A stretch of 64,000 nucleotides of DNA from an uncultured Flammeovirgaceae bacterium (GTDB lineage Bacteria; Bacteroidota; Bacteroidia; Cytophagales; Cyclobacteriaceae), in the NCBI GenBank assembly GCA_937884755.1, contig CAKZYJ010000469.1, positions 7,666 through 71,665 of the forward strand, written 5' to 3'. The notes beneath the pieces were generated by a model that made no database searches, was not told the DNA's origin, and worked only from the letters and a program-made list of their open reading frames with translations. The translations under genes and the position numbers were made by a program. Positions 59,087 to 64,000 of this stretch are shown piece after piece. How positions within the stretch are numbered: the first letter of the stretch is position 1; every line of letters starts with the position of its first letter.

Positions 59087-59575
59087 ATGAAATATAAGAT
59101 AGATGACTATAATGACATTGCTCTTAAGTGTGAAAGTCTAAACTGTACTGTTCCTGATACATTTTCATTTCTTCCTGAGAATTTCTCAAATGCAAATAAT
59201 ATTGATGAGTTCATCTATGCAGAATCTGTAGTCGAACTTAGGAAAATTTTTAAGCAGAATAATATTCAATTAACAAATCTTGAGTTGGGTACTCCAAAAT
59301 TTAGGGTAAGGAAGTACGCTGATTGGATTGGCCCTACGCTATTTATTAGCTTCTCGCTATTATCAGAAAATAATCATTTGATCTCTATTGGTTTAAATGT
59401 TTTGTCTAATTATGTAGGGGATTTCTTTAAAGGAAGTTTAGATGACAAGAAAGTTAAATTTGATATTGTTGTTGAAACAACCAAAGAGAAAGAATATAAG
59501 AGGATTAAATATGAAGGTGATCCTGAAGGGATAAAGCAATTAGATAAAATTATTAAATCATTAAATAAGAAATGA
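59087..59575 (+). CDS. AT-rich hypothetical protein (gene 1 of a cassette pair)
   Basis: 162-aa ORF with a central amphipathic segment (PTLFISFSLLSEN...SIGLNVLSNY..DFFKG); its stop overlaps the next start (ATGA). Confidence 0.7.
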   Translation: MKYKIDDYNDIALKCESLNCTVPDTFSFLPENFSNANNIDEFIYAESVVELRKIFKQNNIQLTNLELGTPKFRVRKYADWIGPTLFISFSLLSENNHLISIGLNVLSNYVGDFFKGSLDDKKVKFDIVVETTKEKEYKRIKYEGDPEGIKQLDKIIKSLNKK

Positions 59576-60300
59576 ATCTTTTTCCAAATTTAACAGGTAC
59601 ACTTAGTGACTTTAATAAAGTTGTTAATGAGTCTCAAAACAAGGCAATTTTTACTCGAGGTGTTGAAATACAAAAGGAAGAAGTTAAAGCATTGAGAAAC
59701 TATCTGAACGAACTGGAAAAAGTCAAAAGCGAGTCTATAAAAAGAGGTAATGAAAAAGACGCAAATCTTATATTATGTTTACAATTTAGTGTAAAAGCTA
59801 TTGAGAAAGAGCTGTTGATGCTGATAAACTTAAAAGAAGACAAAATGGATGAAGCTTGGGACTGCTTAGTCGAATCCCAAAATTTGATCCAAAATGTAAT
59901 TAAGAACCACCCTTTGGGGGGTGAATATTTATTGGGATATGCAAGTAGATTGAAAGGGTACGAAAAGCTTTTATTTCCCAAAATGATGTTTTCCAGTGCT
60001 GGAACAATAATAAAAAATAGCGAGTGTTCAATATGTAATGGAGAATACAGCGAATGTGATCATATTAAAGGCACATTTTACATGGGTAAAATGTGCCAAA
60101 GAATCATAAAAGAAATAGATGAACTTGAAGAAATATCAACAGTTGAAAATCCTGATGACAAAAGATGTCGAGCAAAAGCTATTATTGATAGATCTACGGA
60201 TGGAGTCGAGTATGAAACAGATTTACTCACGTTAAGAACAAAAACACTACAGCCAACAAAGCAGAACACCAAGCCTAGTAAATGTGAACCAGCACATTAA
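59572..60300 (+). CDS. AT-rich hypothetical protein: helical N-domain + CxxC-CxH-C Zn-finger/prohead-protease-like C-domain
   Basis: Segment SSAG.IIKNSECSICNGEYSECDHIKG.FY.GK.C.RII.E...LEEIS.VENP. Confidence 0.65.
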   Translation: MNLFPNLTGTLSDFNKVVNESQNKAIFTRGVEIQKEEVKALRNYLNELEKVKSESIKRGNEKDANLILCLQFSVKAIEKELLMLINLKEDKMDEAWDCLVESQNLIQNVIKNHPLGGEYLLGYASRLKGYEKLLFPKMMFSSAGTIIKNSECSICNGEYSECDHIKGTFYMGKMCQRIIKEIDELEEISTVENPDDKRCRAKAIIDRSTDGVEYETDLLTLRTKTLQPTKQNTKPSKCEPAH

Positions 60301-60380
60301 TTGTCCCAGGTCATGATATTGATATACGAAAGACAATATTCTTAACCCGGCCTATGGCCGTACAGGTCGTTGTGTATCAT
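60245..60380. repeat. attC-like site
   Basis: Inverse core CACTACAGCCAACAAA, internal hairpins (AATGTG/CACATT; CCAGGTCATGATATTG/CAATATTCTTAACCCGG), then core GTTGTGTATCAT at 60369. Confidence 0.5.
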
Positions 60381-60396
60381 TTGAATAATAAAATAG

Positions 60397-60849
60397 ATGA
60401 AAATCTTATCGGTTAGGGATACTCCTGAAATCGCAGCTACTGCCATCAAGTACTTTCAAAAGGTTTGGGATAGTGTTTGGCCCATAATTTACGAAGACTG
60501 CATAACCCACGCTATAGAATCAAAGAACCCGTTACCACAATGGTACTTGATGGAAAAGGATGACGAAATAATCGGCTGTGCCGGACTAGTCACCAATGAT
60601 TTTATCAGTAGAATGGACCTATACCCCTGGGTGTGTGCGGTATTTATTGACGAAAAGCATAGAGGTAACGCTTATGGTTCGTTGCTACTGGAAAAAGCAA
60701 AATCGGATGCCCTCGCAGCCGGGTTTGAGAATCTATACTTAAGCATGGAGCACATTGGATATTACGAAAAATATGGATTCAACTACGTCGGCCAGGGTTA
60801 TCATCCCTGGGGTGAAGAATCCAGAATATATGCGTTAGGTTTAAAATAG
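60397..60849 (+). CDS. GNAT family N-acetyltransferase
   Basis: Motifs IIGCAGLVTNDFISRMDLYPW..AVFIDEKHRGN.YG and YYEKYGF. Confidence 0.9.
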   Translation: MKILSVRDTPEIAATAIKYFQKVWDSVWPIIYEDCITHAIESKNPLPQWYLMEKDDEIIGCAGLVTNDFISRMDLYPWVCAVFIDEKHRGNAYGSLLLEKAKSDALAAGFENLYLSMEHIGYYEKYGFNYVGQGYHPWGEESRIYALGLK

Positions 60850-60866
60850 AAGTATAGCCAGCAGTT

Positions 60867-60941
60867 GAAACAAACAGAAGAAAGCTGGAACCCGTATCTT
60901 TAAGAGAAAATAAGCAGAAAGGATATGAAAACGTTAACTAT
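60867..60941 (+). repeat. direct repeat, copy 1 (copy 2 at 63929-64000)
   Basis: GAAACAAACAGAAGAAAG....AACCCGTATCTTTAAG..AATAAG.AGAA...TATGAAAACGTTAAC.AT occurs in both places. Confidence 0.9.
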
Positions 60942-61086
60942 AGAACTACCCGGTGAAACTAATGAGCAAGAAGCGAAGAGGATAGTTGTCACTGCATTTT
61001 TCGCTGTGGGTATATTAAGTTTGGGTCAGGCAGCATTATTTTTAAGCATCAGTAAGTGAGAGTTTCTGGAAACAGAAAAGATTTGA
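60925..61086 (+). pseudogene. UPF0175-family (putative antitoxin) pseudogene
   Basis: Reads MKTLTIELPGETNEQEAK...GILSLGQAA.FL.ISK*EFLETEKI*, with TGA at 61057-61059 where 'KREFL' is expected, and is truncated. Confidence 0.65.
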
Positions 61087-61096
61087 AGTTAGATCA

Positions 61097-61960
61097 ATGA
61101 GTAGTAAAGAAAGGTACATAAATCCATTTACCGACTTCGGCTTCAAAAAGCTATTTGGGACAGAATTCAACAAAGAGTTACTGATTGACTTTTTGAATCA
61201 GGTACTTGGTGATAGAGAACGAATACAGGATTTGACGTATTTGAATACTGAGCATCTAGGTAATACTGAATCGGACCGGAAAGCCATCTTCGATCTTTAT
61301 TGTGAGAATGAGCAAGGGGAGAAGTTCATCATAGAGCTACAGAATGTAAAGCAGCAGTACTTCAAAGATAGAAGTATCTTTTACTCTACATTCCCCATTC
61401 AGAGCCAAGCACCAAAAGGTACGGACTGGGACTACTATTTAAAAGCAGTGTATACGATTGGCATATTGAATTTTAGCTTTCCAGATAAGAGTGAGCAGGA
61501 GCGTTTTATGAGGGAGGTTCAGTTGATTGATAAAGAAACGGTGGAAGTCTTTTACGATAAGCTGACGTTTATTTATCTGGAAATGCCTAAATTCAAGAAA
61601 TCGGAAGATGAGTTACTTAGCCAGTTTGATAAATGGCTGTATGTATTGAAGAATCTGCATCGTTTACAGAACAGACCCGTTAAATTACAGGAGAAGGTAT
61701 TTGAAAAGCTGTTTTCAGAAGCCGAAATTGCCAAATTAAACAAAGAAGAAATGAGTGCATACGAAGAAAGCCTGAAAGTCTACCGAGATAATAAGAATAC
61801 GATGGATTACGCAATTGAAACGGCCAAAAAAGAAGGAATGGTAGAAGGCGCATCGAAGCGAGAAGTAGAAATTGCGAGAGAGTTGAAAAAGAACGGTGTT
61901 TCAATAGATCTGATTGAGAAAACAACAGGCTTAACCAAAGAGCAAATAGAAAAGTTATAG
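61097..61960 (+). CDS. Rpn family recombination-promoting nuclease / PD-(D/E)XK_2 putative transposase
   Basis: Motifs YINPFTDFGFKKLFG, FDLYC....GE.FIIELQ, YLEMPKF, DKWLY.LK and a 'EIAREL..GVS.D.I.K.TGL' tail. Confidence 0.93.
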   Translation: MSSKERYINPFTDFGFKKLFGTEFNKELLIDFLNQVLGDRERIQDLTYLNTEHLGNTESDRKAIFDLYCENEQGEKFIIELQNVKQQYFKDRSIFYSTFPIQSQAPKGTDWDYYLKAVYTIGILNFSFPDKSEQERFMREVQLIDKETVEVFYDKLTFIYLEMPKFKKSEDELLSQFDKWLYVLKNLHRLQNRPVKLQEKVFEKLFSEAEIAKLNKEEMSAYEESLKVYRDNKNTMDYAIETAKKEGMVEGASKREVEIARELKKNGVSIDLIEKTTGLTKEQIEKL

Positions 61961-61980
61961 AATAATATGGCAAAAATCCG

Positions 61981-62064
61981 TAGCCACAACGTATACACTC
62001 ACCATTAGTCGTTCTAAAAAAGTGATCGCTTAGTGTAACTTATTGAGGGTTGAGTTGTCTCGTA
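61981..62064. repeat. degenerate attC-like site
   Basis: GCCACAAC-GTATACACTCA ... TGAGGGTTGA-GTTGTCTC; the core at 62054 lies 37 bp before the next ATG. Confidence 0.3.
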
Positions 62065-62090
62065 AAAAAATGCACCAACCTGTAAGTTAT

Positions 62091-63086
62091 ATGAAAGCCA
62101 TCACCAAACACCGTTACGGAGGGCCCGAGGTACTTCAGTTAGAAGAAGTGGCCAAGCCCGCCGTAAAAGACCATCACCTGCTTGTGCGCGTAAAAGCCAA
62201 CTCCGCCAATCCGGCCGACTGGCACATCCTGCGCGGCGCGCCGTTCTTTGCCCGCTTCAGTTTTGGCTTGTTCAAGCCTAAAGACCCAAATCTGGGAGCT
62301 GACTTTTCCGGAACGGTAGAAGAAGAGGGCCATGGTGTGACAGATTTCAAGGTAGGTGACAACGTATTCGGAGAATCCCTCAAGGGCGGAGCCTTTGCCG
62401 AATACATCTGCGTTTCCGCTAAGGTTTGTGGTACAATGCCCGAAAGCGCTGAATTCGCTACAATGGCCGCGGTACCCATCGCGGGGCTTACCGCTTTGCA
62501 GGCCCTTATCACCCACGGAAAACTCAAAGAAGGTGAGTCGGTGCTGATTAATGGTGCTTCGGGCGGAGTCGGGCATTTTGCGGTACAAATCGCTAAAGCC
62601 TACGGGGCCCAGGTAACCGGAGTATGCTCCAGCCGCAACCGAGACTTTGTGAAAAGCCTGGGAGCGGATGCGGTGATTGCCTACGACGAAGAGAATATCC
62701 ATCAGCACAACCATAAGTACGATCTGGTGCTGGATACCCACGGCAATCTTTTTCTAGATGATTTTAAACGTATGGGCCAACGAGGCGTAGTAATCGGCTT
62801 CACCACCATGAAGCATATGGTGCGCTTACTCATTAGCACCCTGTTTAGTAAATTTCCGTTAGCCCAGTTCACCGCCCAAGCCAATACGCAGGATCTGGAG
62901 ACATTGGCGGACTTGATACAAAGCCAAAAGGTGAAAGCGCACCTGGAAAAGATCTACCCCCACCAGCAGATTCCCGAAGCCATCGGCTACATTGAAGCCA
63001 TGCGCACCCGGGGGAAAGTGGCTATGGTTTGGGAAGATGCGGAAGAAGTTGAAACTTTACACGAAGTAGTACGAAATACCAATTAG
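62091..63086 (+). CDS. NAD(P)-dependent MDR / quinone oxidoreductase-like dehydrogenase
   Basis: Motifs YGGPEVLQL, GADFSG.V, VLINGASGGVGHFAVQIAK and RGKV. ATG at 62091 is preferred over 62043. Confidence 0.92.
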   Translation: MKAITKHRYGGPEVLQLEEVAKPAVKDHHLLVRVKANSANPADWHILRGAPFFARFSFGLFKPKDPNLGADFSGTVEEEGHGVTDFKVGDNVFGESLKGGAFAEYICVSAKVCGTMPESAEFATMAAVPIAGLTALQALITHGKLKEGESVLINGASGGVGHFAVQIAKAYGAQVTGVCSSRNRDFVKSLGADAVIAYDEENIHQHNHKYDLVLDTHGNLFLDDFKRMGQRGVVIGFTTMKHMVRLLISTLFSKFPLAQFTAQANTQDLETLADLIQSQKVKAHLEKIYPHQQIPEAIGYIEAMRTRGKVAMVWEDAEEVETLHEVVRNTN

Positions 63087-63112
63087 TAGAAACATCCACT
63101 GCGTAGTGTAAG

Positions 63113-63871
63113 ATGAAATTTGAGTTAATCAGTGTGCTAAGCACCATAGAGCGCCTGTATGATTTGCCAAGAACCAGGGAGCGATTCAATAAGTACCTCT
63201 ATCTACTGCAAGGTGATACGAAAAATGAAATGGTATTACCCATCGCCTCGTTCAACCCGATGGGAAAAGAACTGGCTACTGAGAAACTAAAACGATTGAT
63301 TCAGTTAAACGCCGAAGGTATCGCTGCCCAGGAGCTGGCCCGCATTAACAGTACCCTCGAAAAGCACCCCCATCGCACCATCAGGGTAGCCTTAAATCTG
63401 GCTGACGATGTGGAAGGCTCATGGTCTGAATACTACTCCACCGATTATAAAAGCAAGTTTGAAATAGCATCCTTAGTAAAGCGGAATTTTTGCACTCCTA
63501 TTTTCTGGACAAGAGAAAGTGTAACGGAAGAAATCATTGTTCAGCGAGTCAGAGAATACGTTTTCCGAACCCTGTTTTGGGTGCATCGCGGACCGCCCAA
63601 ATCGTTACAAGATTGTTTGGAACAAGAAATTTACGTGCAGGCAAACTCAACAGATGAGATTTCTTTACCGAAAAACCAGGATTTCGGTAACACGGAAAAG
63701 TTCTTATCAGAACACGCTGATTCAGAGGATTATAACGTAAAATTCAACTTCTTCTACGGAGACGAAGCATCAAAATCATTAGAATACGCCACCTATGGAA
63801 TTCTACCGTACGAAGGATTTGAATACGCAAAATTTCTGGCTAAACGAAAACAAGAGCCTTTGTCTGACTGA
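63113..63871 (+). CDS. hypothetical protein
   Basis: Coherent 252-aa ORF (ERF..YL.LLQG..K..M.LPI..FNPM.KE; FFYGDEA...L.Y...G). Confidence 0.65.
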   Translation: MKFELISVLSTIERLYDLPRTRERFNKYLYLLQGDTKNEMVLPIASFNPMGKELATEKLKRLIQLNAEGIAAQELARINSTLEKHPHRTIRVALNLADDVEGSWSEYYSTDYKSKFEIASLVKRNFCTPIFWTRESVTEEIIVQRVREYVFRTLFWVHRGPPKSLQDCLEQEIYVQANSTDEISLPKNQDFGNTEKFLSEHADSEDYNVKFNFFYGDEASKSLEYATYGILPYEGFEYAKFLAKRKQEPLSD

Positions 63872-63928
63872 GCCACCGGCATTATCCGTACTGAACACTG
63901 CCATGCTACACAGTAGCTAACGCCAAAC

Positions 63929-64000
63929 GAAACAAACAGAAGAAAGGTAAAACCCGTATCTTTAAGAAATAAGTAGAAGAGCTATGAAAACGTTAACCAT
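63929..64000 (+). repeat. direct repeat, copy 2; includes the start (63984) of a second UPF0175-like gene running off the window
   Basis: Matches 60867-60941; ATGAAAACGTTAACCAT encodes MKTLT. Confidence 0.85.

Noticed and set aside
62139-62741. 200-aa and 117-aa antisense ORFs
   Set aside because: They are shadows of the MDR dehydrogenase; the many other short ORFs nested in recognisable genes are rejected likewise.

Overview
This is a chromosomal window from a Bacteroidota bacterium, inferred to be Cytophagales-like from its T9SS type A and B sorting domains, a TAnnTTTG promoter motif and Bacteroidota-type gyrB/ppk1/metF. I saw no rRNA, tRNA or CRISPR array. About 1-36 kb and 42-57 kb are mostly housekeeping, envelope and signalling genes: metF, ppk1, gyrB, miaE, a DUF1611/epimerase pair, OmpA proteins, two ECF sigma/anti-sigma pairs and peptidases. 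An operon at 2.3-7.5 kb couples a Rab-like small GTPase to a hybrid histidine kinase and a LytTR regulator. Two accessory regions stand out. (1) At 37.5-41.5 kb, a decayed Tn3-family end precedes an AT-rich 1087-aa gene fusing an ECF sigma factor, a TM helix, M56-like repeats, a GIN domain and a serine beta-lactamase-like domain; a structured non-coding tract after it may be an IS110 end. (2) At 58.4-64 kb, an AT-rich region has genes bounded by integron-cassette-like GTT.../...AAC inverted cores with no integrase in the window. It holds a two-gene cassette with a Zn-finger/prohead-protease-like domain, an Rpn nuclease and a duplicated UPF0175 module. Three otherwise intact genes carry one in-frame stop each and one has a 1-bp frameshift. 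All family assignments come from motif recognition by eye; no searches were run.
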